Origin: Microbotryum violaceum
Lineage: Eukaryota
Direction: 5' to 3'
NCBI GenBank assembly: GCA_001244265.2
Contig: CDLV01000005.1
Location: 2,418,001-2,482,000 of the forward strand
DNA length: 64,000 bases
Of this stretch, positions 49,451 to 60,554 are shown one piece after another; the stretch's first letter is position 1, and each line of letters begins with the position of its first letter. The notes under the pieces are model-generated. The model ran no database searches, was not told where the DNA came from, and saw nothing but the letters and a program-made list of their open reading frames with translations. A program made the position numbers and the translations under genes.

Positions 49451-50700
49451 ATGGGGTGAGTGTGTCCTACATGGTCAGCTCTCGCTTCGTACTGCATCTA
49501 ATCCTGTCTACCGTGTGCCACTCTGGATACCGGTCACAGCGCGTCGAAAGCTTTTGTGGAGCGCGTATGGCAGGTCAGTGAACGATCCACCGTCCCAGTG
49601 AATCAGTTGATCCGACATCTCCTACTCTGTACCCTTCCCCACAGAGCTTCCTCAAGAACGCCGGCCACGACGCCAACTCGTTCGGACACCTCAAGGTGAC
49701 CCAGGTCCCTAAACCGGGCGTCGTCGAGGCCGAGATGGTGGTGAAGCAGCATCAGAGTCAGTTTCACTAGACAGCTTCACCAATCAATTTGAGGCTGATC
49801 CAGGCTGCTCTCTTGTTTTCTTTTTTGGGGGTCCTATCTGTCGTGCGATGGTCTCGTTCGCGGCTTCACCTTTCACCCCCACATCCCCCCCCCCACCTTT
49901 TCAATCCTCCGTCTCGGCTGGCATCCCCACGTTACTGATCCCGCCTTCCATACCCGTGGGATAGTCAACCGAGTCGGCGTCAGTGATCGATCCCACCATC
50001 GAATCTGCGGGTAAAATCCACTCATCCCCTACCAAGCTTCTACCGTTCACCACAGTCCCTCCACGGTGGTCTCACCTCGTCCCTGGTCGATTCGATGGGT
50101 TCCCTCGCGCTTTCAAGCAGGGGGTTATGGATGACCGGCGTTAGTACGGATATCAACGTCACGTGAGTCGCAAGCACACCTTGGAGCGTTAGGGAATTTG
50201 GTTCTTTTGAGGAATGTAAAAGAGTTGGGGTGGGCAGCTGATGGGAAAAGAAAACCTTTTCTCCCGACACCCCTCACTGCAGGTTCGTCCGCGCCGCTCC
50301 GTTAGGTGAAACGGTCAGATTACAAGCTCAAGTGATCGGACAAGGTAAACCCACCATACCAACTTTTCTTCCCCACCTCCCACCTCCCACCTCCCACCTC
50401 CCACCTCCCACCTCTAATTTCCTCCCGCGTCCCACCTCTAATTTCCTCCCGCGTCCCGTACGTTGACAGGTAAAACACTCGCCTACACGCGCGTCGAAAT
50501 GTTCTCCACCAAGACGGGCAAGTTGCTCGCCTACGGTACGTCGATTCTATAACATCTTTGAAGGAGCAAACAAGCCTGATCATATCGACTTTCTGATTCT
50601 GATCATATCCCCAGGCTCACATACGAAATACATCGCTTTGGCGTTAAAGTCCGAGCAAAACGTCAAGTTTTCGGAGGATGGGGAGACACAAGTAGAGTAA
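49451..50700 (+). CDS. Hotdog-fold acyl-CoA thioesterase (ACOT13/THEM2, PaaI-like), many short exons
   Basis: NRVG|SLHGGLTSSLVDSMGSLA, TGVSTDINVT|FVRAA, GKTLAYTRVE, GSHTKY; TAA 50698-50700. Confidence 0.88.
50372..50454 (+). repeat. (CCCACCT)x6 overlapping a 24-bp duplication in a thioesterase intron
   Basis: 7-mer array 50372-50413; CCCACCTCTAATTTCCTCCCGCGT at 50407-50430 and 50431-50454. Confidence 0.9.
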
Positions 50701-51079
50701 GGAAAGGGGTAGATGCGACAAACCTGTTTTCTCCAATCCTGTAATGGTATGATGCAACGCATAGAAGCCAGGAAGTCCTTGGCTCGAACGAGTTGGAGAA
50801 TCAGGACCGGGACGTGGAGTTTTCTTTGGGGGAGGGGTGGTAGTAGGGGGTTAATTTCATTACTTCACATATACACACAAGTGTCCTTCGTGCATCATCA
50901 TCCAAGGAAATTCCGTTGCAGAGATGACCATCTCTGTGTTGTGCTAATTCTTCTTCCATTCGTACAAACGTCGTCATCTCCCCGCCATCATCGCCGAAAT
51001 CGAGACGATGGTTTTTCGTTACTCCTTCAGTCGTGCGGACCCAACCCGCATCATTCTTCTGGGATATCTCCCGATTTTA

Positions 51080-52020
51080 TTATGAGGATTCTCCAGCGAC
51101 TACGCCGACCTTGGCTGGTCGCAAAAGGCGATCCTTGATCATATCTGCAAATGAGTTCGTAAGGGGCTCGAAGTGAGATTTTCGACTCCCCTCGACTAGA
51201 GAATCCATCTCCTCCCTGGGGGCACTCACATCCAATTTCCTGACATTCCAAGACCGTGCCCGGTTCCTTGCCCGGCACAGGCGCCTGATACAACGCCTCG
51301 TGTCGATTCGGATCAAAGATTTCCCCCGTCGGATCGAACGCCTTGACCCCATTCCTCTCCAACGTTTTGAGGATCGAATCCTTGGTCAACGAAACGCCCT
51401 GATGTAAATCGATCAAATCCTTGGAAGCGCCTTGGGAAGGATCGAGTTTAGTCGGAGGTAGCGAACGAAGCGCGAGGACTAGGATGTCGATCGAGGAGAT
51501 GAGGTCCTTGGCGAACGACTGAAGGGCAAAGTCTTTGGCTTGAGCTTTTTCTCTGGTCGAAATCTTTTGTAGGTTCTCATAGTCCGCGAGAGTACGCAAG
51601 CGGGCGTCCTGTGGCGACACGATTACGAGAGGTAAAGAGATGCTGGTAAAAGAAACGTAAGCCTTCCACAAGACTGACCTTGAGCTCGGCGATGATCTTG
51701 TTCTTTTCCTCGAGTTGCTGCGTCAGTTCGGCGGTCTTGTCCGTCGGTGCTGCCGTAGCCGTAGCCGTAGCGGAAGCGGCGCCCTCTTCTGCTTCACTGG
51801 TCTCTGCTTTGGGTGTCTCAGAGCGGGATGGTCGGGTGGTGAAGAAGGATCGCAGGTAGGGGGAAGGGAACGACGAAGCGGGAGTGGGAGTGGGAGTGGG
51901 AGTGGGAATAGTGGCGCCGAGGACGACACTCCGGAACGCTGGTCGAGCGGCGACGTTCATTGAGGACGAAGCGGACGATGGAGCCGATCGTAAGAGCGTT
52001 CGACCAGCCGATTGGAACAT
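51080..52020 (-). CDS. MGE1: Mitochondrial GrpE nucleotide exchange factor
   Basis: Arg/Ser-rich presequence; LRTLADYENLQK, FALQSFAKDL, FDPTGEIFDPNRHEALYQ, RLLRPAKVGV. Confidence 0.96.
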
Positions 52021-52393
52021 GGTCGTAGCGAGGTGGAGAGAGAGTGTAGTGAGGAGGGAGAGAGAGCGGAAAGGAGGAGATGCGAGCGCGGTTCCAAAGT
52101 GCCGGGCGCGAATTCGATTTTGGGTCGCGTGTGTGCGAAATGCGCGAAATGACGACGTCGGCCGGGGGAGGTTACTTACTAATCGGCTAATACGTTCCAA
52201 AGCTAATGCTCGGTTTGGGTGGAAACGTGGAGGTCGTTCGTCAGGCGCGTCAGGCGTCACTCTGGTCAGCCACACCTCCGCTGGCAGGCTGACTGTACAC
52301 CTCGCCTCGAACTGGCGCGCATCGCATGGTATCAGTCCCCTTCCCCTCGTTTGACCTCGCCACCAGCACCTTGTAGAATCGACTAGAGCCAAC

Positions 52394-55300
52394 ATGCCAC
52401 CGCCCGCACACACGCCCGTCGCGCCTCCGCGAGAACGTCCCGGCCCGGCCGAACTGCCTACCGAACTGCTCCAACTCGTCGATTCGCTCTCCGTCCGTTT
52501 CGACGACTTGTTCCAATTCCAACTGCCCCAATTGAGTCATTGCGATGGGCCGATGCAGCAGCATGAGGCGCTCGTCGCCGGCTTGAGGAACGAGTTGAAT
52601 GCGATCAAGAGGGATGTCGAGGTCCGTCATCGGGTTCGAGTCTGACTATCGTACATGCTTTAACCTCGACTCTTTTCCTAACCGAAATGCACCGCTTTGT
52701 CCGACGTGCACACACTCGCTCAGGAACTCAAACTTCAAGTCGACGACCTCGACAGGGCACGCGATCGAAGGGCCGGATTGCAACATGTTCAACACGTACA
52801 ACAACTATTCGACGCGTACGTACCCACCTTCACTCTGCACAGAACTCTCTCTCTAACTCTCCCTTTCCAACTCCCCCCCCCCACCCCATCCACCATCACA
52901 GCGTCTCGAAGCAATACCGAGCCGCCGTACTCGCGTCCAAGAAACTGATCGACCAAGCTCGACCCATGACGGGCAGGGAAGAATTGTTCGCTTCGACGAA
53001 CAGCAAAGCCGCATACCCCACTCGGAGTCAAGGCTTGCAGCCCAAGTCTCCGATGATGGGACAGGGGAGGGGAGCGGCCGATCAATCGTCAGTTCTTCGT
53101 TGGGGAACCTGATCTTAGTTCCTGTGCTCATTCTGATTCCTTCCCCACCCAGTGCCGACGACGCCCTCATGTCCGCCACCTCGGACGTGACCGAAGGGCT
53201 GCGTCGCACTCTCCAACTGATGCAAACCGAAGTCGACCGTTCGGTCCTGACCAACGAAGCCCTAGAACAACAAACCTCGACCTTGCAAATGACCAACGAA
53301 TCCTACTCGACCTTATCGTCCCTGCTGAACGTCTCCAAAGCCTTGATTACCTCCTTGGAGAAGGCCGATTTCTTGGATAGGTTGATCCTCTTGGCCGCGT
53401 TGGTGTTCTTCGGCTTGTGTTGCGCTTACGTTTTCAAACGAAGGGTCGTCGATAAAGGTGTTCGAGTCGCCGGTTTGATGGGTCAAATCGTAGGGAGAAC
53501 CAGTCAAATTTCGGGCAAGCTGTTGGAGAGAGTCGTCCCCGGTGGTGCAGACAGTTTGGATAAATGGCTACCCTCGACCTCGACGGGTGGGAACGGGGGA
53601 GAAGAAGGTACGATCGCCCAAGTTGTCGACAAGGTCGGTCCTATGGTCAAGAAGGTCGGGCAATTGGTCAAGAGGCATGGGAGTGAAGTCGTGATGACGA
53701 TCATCACCACCGTCGGGGCTCTGGCAACGCAGGGGCAGAACTTTGTGATCGCGAAAATGAACAACGGGACGATGGCCGCCGATGACGATGACGATGACGA
53801 TGATGATGATGACGACGATGATGAGGAGGATGAGGAGGAAGAGGACGCATCGGTCGTCAACACGATATTGCACAAGGGTGACAAGGAGAACAAAACGGCC
53901 GAACCTGTTTTAACAATCAAGGAGGAAGTCGAACCTCAGACCGAGCAATGGGTTAGTAAGGAGGAGGCGCCTGCAGCGATCGTCGTTGAGGAGGCGAACG
54001 TACCCAAGGAGGCTGTCTCGATCCCTCCTTCCGAAGTGGAGGTGGAGAACAAGGTGGAGGAGGTCAAGGAACCGGATCCGGAGCCCGAGAAGGTCGTCGT
54101 TCCTCAACAATCTGAGGACGACGACGAGGACGATGATGACGACGATAACGACGACGAGTTTGAACAAGAGGACATTGTCTTTGCGACGCTGGTCGAATCC
54201 GAACTCGTCAAGGATGACTCTGACTCGCCCCTTGAGGTCGAAACTCATGTCGAAGAGTCGAAGGATGTCCCCGTTTCGGACAACACGAACGCTCTACTCG
54301 AAGAGGAGATCACATCCGTCGAAGTGGCACCATCCGCGAAGGAGGACATTAACGAACAAGCGGAAGCACCTACAACGCCCGAGGTCAAAAAATCACTTTC
54401 TCAAGACGAAGAAGCCCTCGGCACCGCACCCGTCTCCGAAGCACCCGAACTCGTACCGGAAGAAACGACCCCCGTCGATGCGCCCATCGAAGCTTTCGAC
54501 GTTTCTCCTCCGACCGAAGTCGAGCTTGAACAACCCTTCGATCATGCATTCCCAGAGGTCGATGCGACGCCCATCACTGAAGTCGTAGAAGAAGCTCTTT
54601 CCCAAGATGAAGAAGCCCTCGACACCGCACCTGTCTCCGAAGCACCCGAACTCGTACTGGAAGAAACGACCCCCGTTGATGCGCCCGTCGAAGCTTTCGA
54701 CGTTTCCCCTCCGACCGAAGTCGAGCTTGAACAACCCTTCGATCATGCACCCCCAGAGATCGACGCGACGCTCATCACTGAAGTCGTAGAAGAAGCTCGA
54801 GCGCCTATCGAAGAATCCGAGGTCATGGAGGACATCGTTGATGGACGTGTGGAGATCGTCGAGCGTGTTCCGGTCGACGAGACGGCGACGATGGCGAGTG
54901 AATACCCACCTGCTCCTACGCCCGCTCAAGAACCTGTACTCGGTGCGACGACTGAGGAACCGGTTCATTTCGAAGCGACGCCTACACCACCACCTAAATC
55001 CGTCGTCGACGACGCGACCCAGCTTGAGGAGGAGACCGTCGATATCGATGCTACTGCCACCGCTCCCGCCCAAGCCGAGATTGAAGTCGAAGCTTGTTTG
55101 CCACTCGAGACTGGAACACTCAAAGCCGCCGCCGTGACCAGTGAGGAAGCGATGGACGACGCGTTCGACCTTCCTGGTGGCTCGGGGGAGTTTGGACATA
55201 ATGTGATGGGGGCCTATCAGAATGCGACTACGAATGCGGCGCCTGAACCTGAGATTGAGATTGAGGAGGCGGAGGAGGCGGAGGAGGCGGAGAAGGCGGA

Positions 55301-56054
55301 GCCGGTCGTCGTGGAGAAGTCGACATTATTCGATGCGGGTACTCAGGCCGCTGAGGTGGAGAAGGAGAAGGTCGAGGAAGCGCCTTCGCAACTCGACGAG
55401 GTCGTACCCACTCCTGGACCTGCTTCCGAAGTTATCGAGGAGGCCCCATCACCCGAAGAACAGTCCGAGAAGGTCTTTGATCCTCTCGAGCATCAAACCC
55501 CCCATCGACCTACTCGACACGTTGAAGATGCTCAACAACAGATCGAGGAGAACGTTGTCACTTTGGACGAGCCTCAAACAGAGGCTGAGGAAGCGGACGA
55601 CGATGACGAGGACGATAAAGAATCGGATCTTCTCAACTTAAATCTCGACGATGATGCCGATTTAGAAGCGATACTTGCACCTCCTATGACACCTTCGTCG
55701 ACGACAGCTTCGGAGGAACCCGCCATTGCTGAACCTGTACCCGCCGAGGCGGCTGTACCCAATGTTAAAGAGGCGGAGGAAGCGGCGGAAAAACCTGCTG
55801 CTCCGGGCTTTGTGGCTCTCCCTGTCGAGGATGTTGAGGTTGATGAGGCGCTCTTGCAAGCTGAGGAGACTGCGTCGGCCGAGGAGCACAAGCTGGCCCC
55901 GGAGGAAGCAGACCAAGACACGCTTGTGACGCCCACGACAACGACAGAAGAAGCCGAGCCTGCCGAGCCTGCACCTGCGGCAACAGTTGCTGAGGAATCT
56001 TCCACCGTGATCGAAGACGAGGAAGATGTGGACAGGGTCAAGGATGAGTTGTAG
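52394..56054 (+). CDS. SEC20: ER SNARE Sec20 with a very long acidic C-terminal extension ending KDEL
   Basis: REELF; SNARE-like ATSDVTEGLRRTLQLMQTEVDRS...LEQQTSTL...SKALITSLEKADFLDRLIL; TM followed by KRR; terminal KDEL. Confidence 0.85.
54396..54797 (+). repeat. 201-bp (67-aa) in-frame tandem duplication within the SEC20 tail
   Basis: Units 54396-54596 and 54597-54797, LSQDEEAL...TEVVEEA, with few substitutions. Confidence 0.92.
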
Positions 56055-56157
56055 GTGATTGGGCAGTGGAAGTCATATCTTATAACGTAAAAACTCTCGT
56101 TGCTTTTTTTTGGAATGTGTAACAGCTTGGTTTTGCTTTCTGCGTAAACCACGAATC

Positions 56158-56932
56158 TCAGGCTACAAACCCTCGCAATTTGGACCCTTCCAATATGTCT
56201 GCCTCGACCAGATGAGGCGCGTTGGAGATCTGTAGATCCAAACAAGAGGTGAGCACGTTTAGCCAACTATCCGGAGAACAGGTCTCTCGGAACGAACCTT
56301 ATCTTCGATGGAGGGAGATTCTTGAACCGTTACATTGTCTGATGTACTCGCTTCGACCTTGATCAATGTCGGAAGACGTTGGACATTCCATGGCTTTTGA
56401 CGCCATACGTTGTCTGGCTTTGTCCACCTGTCGAGGGAACGGCATAATTCGGATCTCGGTCAGCCCGAAGCGCACGTGACGTCGATAAGGATCAACTCCT
56501 CGGAGAGCCTGATGTCCAGTGGGGCGCTGGGTATGATGGTCCTGAACTTACTCCTCCCTCGACCCCACCCAAATGACCGTGGAGTTCTTCTCGTCGAGAT
56601 ATTTGACGATCAAAGGTTCAGCCGCTTCGCAGTCCCTATGAGTGGAGAGGTAGCATGTAAGCCTCGCGAATCAGCGAGCCGACACTGCCTTCCCCGTGAT
56701 TGTGTCTAGCGTGTGATTATAGTGGGGAAGTCATCAACTCGATAGAGGAGTTTGGATTCATCCGAATCGTTCTCCGTCTCCACTAAGAATCGACGCAACG
56801 AACTGACCTGCACCAAGGTCGTCCCCTCTCCTCGTGCGAAGCGAGAAAGACGAGCATGTGTCGTTTCGAATCCCGAGGGAGGGAAGCCAACACGGACGCC
56901 GCGTCCTGAGTGGGGGGAGGGAAGAGGGACAT
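56158..56932 (-). CDS. Thioredoxin-like protein, TRP14/TXNDC17 (DUF953) family; not in the ORF track
   Basis: Spliced: MSLFPP...LVFLASHERGRPWCR|DCEAAEPLI...VGSREE|WTKPDNVWRQKPWNVQRLPTLIK...|ISNAPHLVEADIL...LRGFVA*. Confidence 0.85.
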
Positions 56933-57386
56933 AGTGGATCGAGGGGTCGGAAGTGGTGTGGGATGAAGTTAAGGGTTGCAGGGACGTGTAGATGGGTAAG
57001 AAACCTACGACTCGCGTGTCGGAGGAGGTGGGAGTAGAGAAGGAACGCTCGCGACTCGGCTGGGTCAGGCTTTGCTCTTGATCACGTCACACCTAGTCAC
57101 GCTTGCCCGAGATGGCGATTCGAGAGCGCGGGCCGGTTAAAATGCTCCCCAAACGGGCTTGCGTAGAAACAGGCGTGAAAGAGTACGAAGTGCCTTTTGA
57201 GAATGAATGTTGCAACGAGTGTTTAATTTTCACCTTGGTGCAGGAGAAAAGTTGAAAATCTTGGCACCCATCGATTTTCCCAGAAAACAGTGTAAATCGT
57301 CCGTTCCCGCGCTGACCTCCATCTAAATTCGAAAAAGTGCCCACCGGTGCACCTATGACACAGCGACCACTAGAAATCGAACTGCA

Positions 57387-59726
57387 TCATGTTCGCATAA
57401 TCATCAGTACGGATCGCGCCTGTCCTCCTTCGACAAAGTCTCCTGCACTCACAGCACTATCATCCTTTGGCGGGGTAAGGTACTTATCCAACGACGGCCA
57501 CTTCTTCGGCATCCTACCATGCACAGAATTACCACTACAAACCTCACCGCACCTCGGCTCCAACTTCAAGTCTCTGCACAAGTTGATTCGATTTACCGGT
57601 CCTGCACCTCTCCAAGCACGCCAGGGCGCGGCGGCGTTTGGTTCGAAACCTACGAGAACGACCCGAGGGGAGTTGGAGTAGACGGACGATTTGAGACGTT
57701 TGATGATTTCATCAACGCCGATCATGTAGCGGATGTCTAGTGAGAGGTAGAGGTGAAGTGAGTACACCTCAAGGTTGGTATTTGAATACTCAGCTTACCT
57801 AGCTCCACTTCCTGTATGGTATTTAAACGTCCGGATCGTATCAGTCAGCGCCGGCAAAACACAGGGGCTCGGCTCGAATACCCGCTCGCACTCACGGTGC
57901 GGTCTTCGACTACCGCATCATCGACACCCTCGGTCTTGAGACGATACTTCATGGCGTGAGAATCGAATCCTGGCTCGTGGATGCGTATCCTCATCGGTCC
58001 GTCGATGAGTGACAATGGGAGCGCGCGCCAGACGGGTAAGGTCGCATCGACTGAGTCGGTGAACCTATCTTTTGATAGAGGTAGGATGTAGGCCCATTCT
58101 CAGAAAGAGTTGGGTTTACAGATTGGCCTCAGTCTAATAACTTACGTCACCGTTTCTGGTAGTTGGAACGCCCGTCCCGTGTACTTGCATAAGGTGAGCA
58201 TGATGCGCAATTGTATCGCCAACGCCCCCCTCGAGCCCGTCATGCTCTTGAAACGCAAGGAACGTGCCGGTTTCGAATAGTAAGCACCGACATCGGGCCA
58301 CATGCCATGATACTTCGCAAAGAAGGACCTCAACCCTCCTCCATCGACACACGGCATGAGAATGATCGACGCATCGGCGTAAACATCGTCGAGGGAGTTG
58401 ATGTCCTTGAGATCGAGAAGATAATTGAAAGCGGCGATTTCGGGGTGTTCCTCGCCGAGAGCATGAACACGAAGGCCGTTGCCGGTGTTGAAGTTGCGTC
58501 GTAGGCGCACTTCGGAGAACTCATCCGTGACTCGAAGTTCGGTCGAATGCAGAACCTGGGCGGGTCAGAGATGTCTCGTCAAGTGGTTTTCTCCCAGGGG
58601 TGATGTAACACATGGGGAGACGCACCTCATTGAAAGCTTCCTGCAGCGTGAGCACCGTCCATACTTCTGCAGCCGCGTCCGGTGTGGTAAGCTCCCCGGC
58701 CTCAGGGGTTTCAATCAGATTATGCGAAAGCGTGGCGTTCGCTATCCGCTCCAACACATCGTACCACAACTCGATCGTTTCAGGTACGCTCCTCATCCAA
58801 ATCAAACTTGTACTGAGGTGCCCCGAGTCCGTACCGGTTACATTCTCGGCGATGATGACGTCCGAGATGGGGAAATATCGCTCCAATCGAGGAAAGGGAT
58901 CTTTGCGAAGGACGAGCTCGGAGCCGAGTAACACGTTGCGACCCGATTCGAGGACATCACGAGCACCTGTAATGCAATATGTTCAGACTGAAATCACCGC
59001 CAGCCGTATCAAGCGCTATCGCGTCGACGCACCGCAAGCTTTCGTCCAGTCGAGCGCATCCCAGTGCTCCGGCACGTCTAGTGCGAACCCACCATAGCAA
59101 AGCATTTCATGCTCGACCTTTTTACATTTTCTCAAGCAATCCGGATCCGAGCATAGTGTCACGACATGGACGATTTTGTCCCCTGCTGCCGCCCTTGCCT
59201 CATTCTCCAATCTCCAAAAGTGGGTCAAACTCCTCGCTTCCACGAACGAGTACCGATTCACCGCCGTCAGCCAAATATGGTAAGGCTGTGGCAGAGGGGG
59301 CGGTGGGACGCCTGTCTCCAAACTGGTCGAAAATAAAATGTGGGCCGCTTTCTCTTCCTGGGTCAAGTTGAGCGGCAAGTAGTAGTCGAGGTATTCTTCG
59401 AGCGTCCATCCCTCGCCGGACGAGGCGCGCGACCGTTCCGGCAACCCTATGAGATGCCTTCGCAAGAAACCCCAACCGAACCCGAATCCGCCCGACGAAT
59501 CACCATTTGTCCCCGAAAAAGCGAAGAAGTTTCTTAAGAAGAAAACAACACAGATCCCAAAGAGTGCACGGGCCATGAGGGTACGTAACCGTGATGGGCG
59601 ATTGCACAGCCGTGCCACGCCGCCGCGACGAGTGTAGCGAGGCTTGAAGGCACTGGGGGCCGGTACTGACGGGCCCGCCTTCGCAGGTCCATTCGCGTTC
59701 ACGTCGAACACGTTCGGCACACTCAT
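57387..59726 (-). CDS. Type II membrane nucleotide-diphospho-sugar transferase-like (GT77-like) protein, multi-exon
   Basis: N-terminal TM ALFGICVVFFL; HIWLT, LCSDPDC...CYGG, WTK, DVLESGRNVLL...KDPFP, LSTSLIWMRS...LW, QEAFNEVL, MPC; 13-nt micro-exon near 57800-57812. Confidence 0.65.
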
Positions 59727-60554
59727 CGCACGCTGTCGTAGTCGATTCCGGTCGGCCGGTCGAATGATTACTTGCGTCATCGTGTCGGCTTCCCAGAGTG
59801 GTGCTCGTGGGAGAATAATAAAGGCAGCCTTGCGAAAGGTTGGTGACGTGGTGGGCCTGTGAGCGCTCGTCTCTTGCTTAATCCGCGACAGGAGGCTAAC
59901 AGAAGCGAGACACGCGCCAGGTGAGGTCGCGCGGGTGCCAGAAATCGACGATGACGAGGCGACGCCGGACTAGTCTGGGCAGGGCTCAGGGGCCCGAGCC
60001 ACAGGAGCGTCGACGGAAGAGCGTCCGAGTATGTATCGCGCGACGCGCAGAGGCGGTGTAGCGTGCGTTCGAACAGTGCAAAGTCCCTTTCCAGAGCAGT
60101 GAATCCTCCCAAAGTGTCGATAAAGCTCTAGAGGGACTGAAGTCGAAGCGTCCGTGACTTTCGGGGGACGTCACTAAAGACGGCCTGAGCACGGGCCGCC
60201 GCACAGACCCGGGTTCGCTTCCACGTTTCCCGCAAGTCACTTGGGCGGGGCACCTTGCGGCAGTCGGCGGCCTGTCTCGATTTCTGTCTTTCGGTTTTCT
60301 GTACTAACGCTCCATCAAATCATATGCTGAAAACACCTGTATGGCGATCCGAGGACCGCCGCTTTTTCAAAGATCAGCTGCACTCCGCTTAACTACGAGC
60401 TAGGCGCTCGTCGGCGCTAACTTGCTGTACGCGGTAAGGGGCCGGACGCGGCTTGCAACTGTCACAGGAACTCATCACCAGCAGGTATGAACAATGCGTA
60501 GTGTTTCAGTTGCAGTCAAGGCCATTCCCTACTGTGGACTCGAAAAGCCGGCAG

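Noticed and set aside
54393-56266. Long antisense ORFs opposite SEC20 (similar ones lie opposite ESF1, RFC1, PUF4 and the ZnF gene)
   Set aside because: Shadow frames produced by codon bias and acidic repeats of the sense gene.
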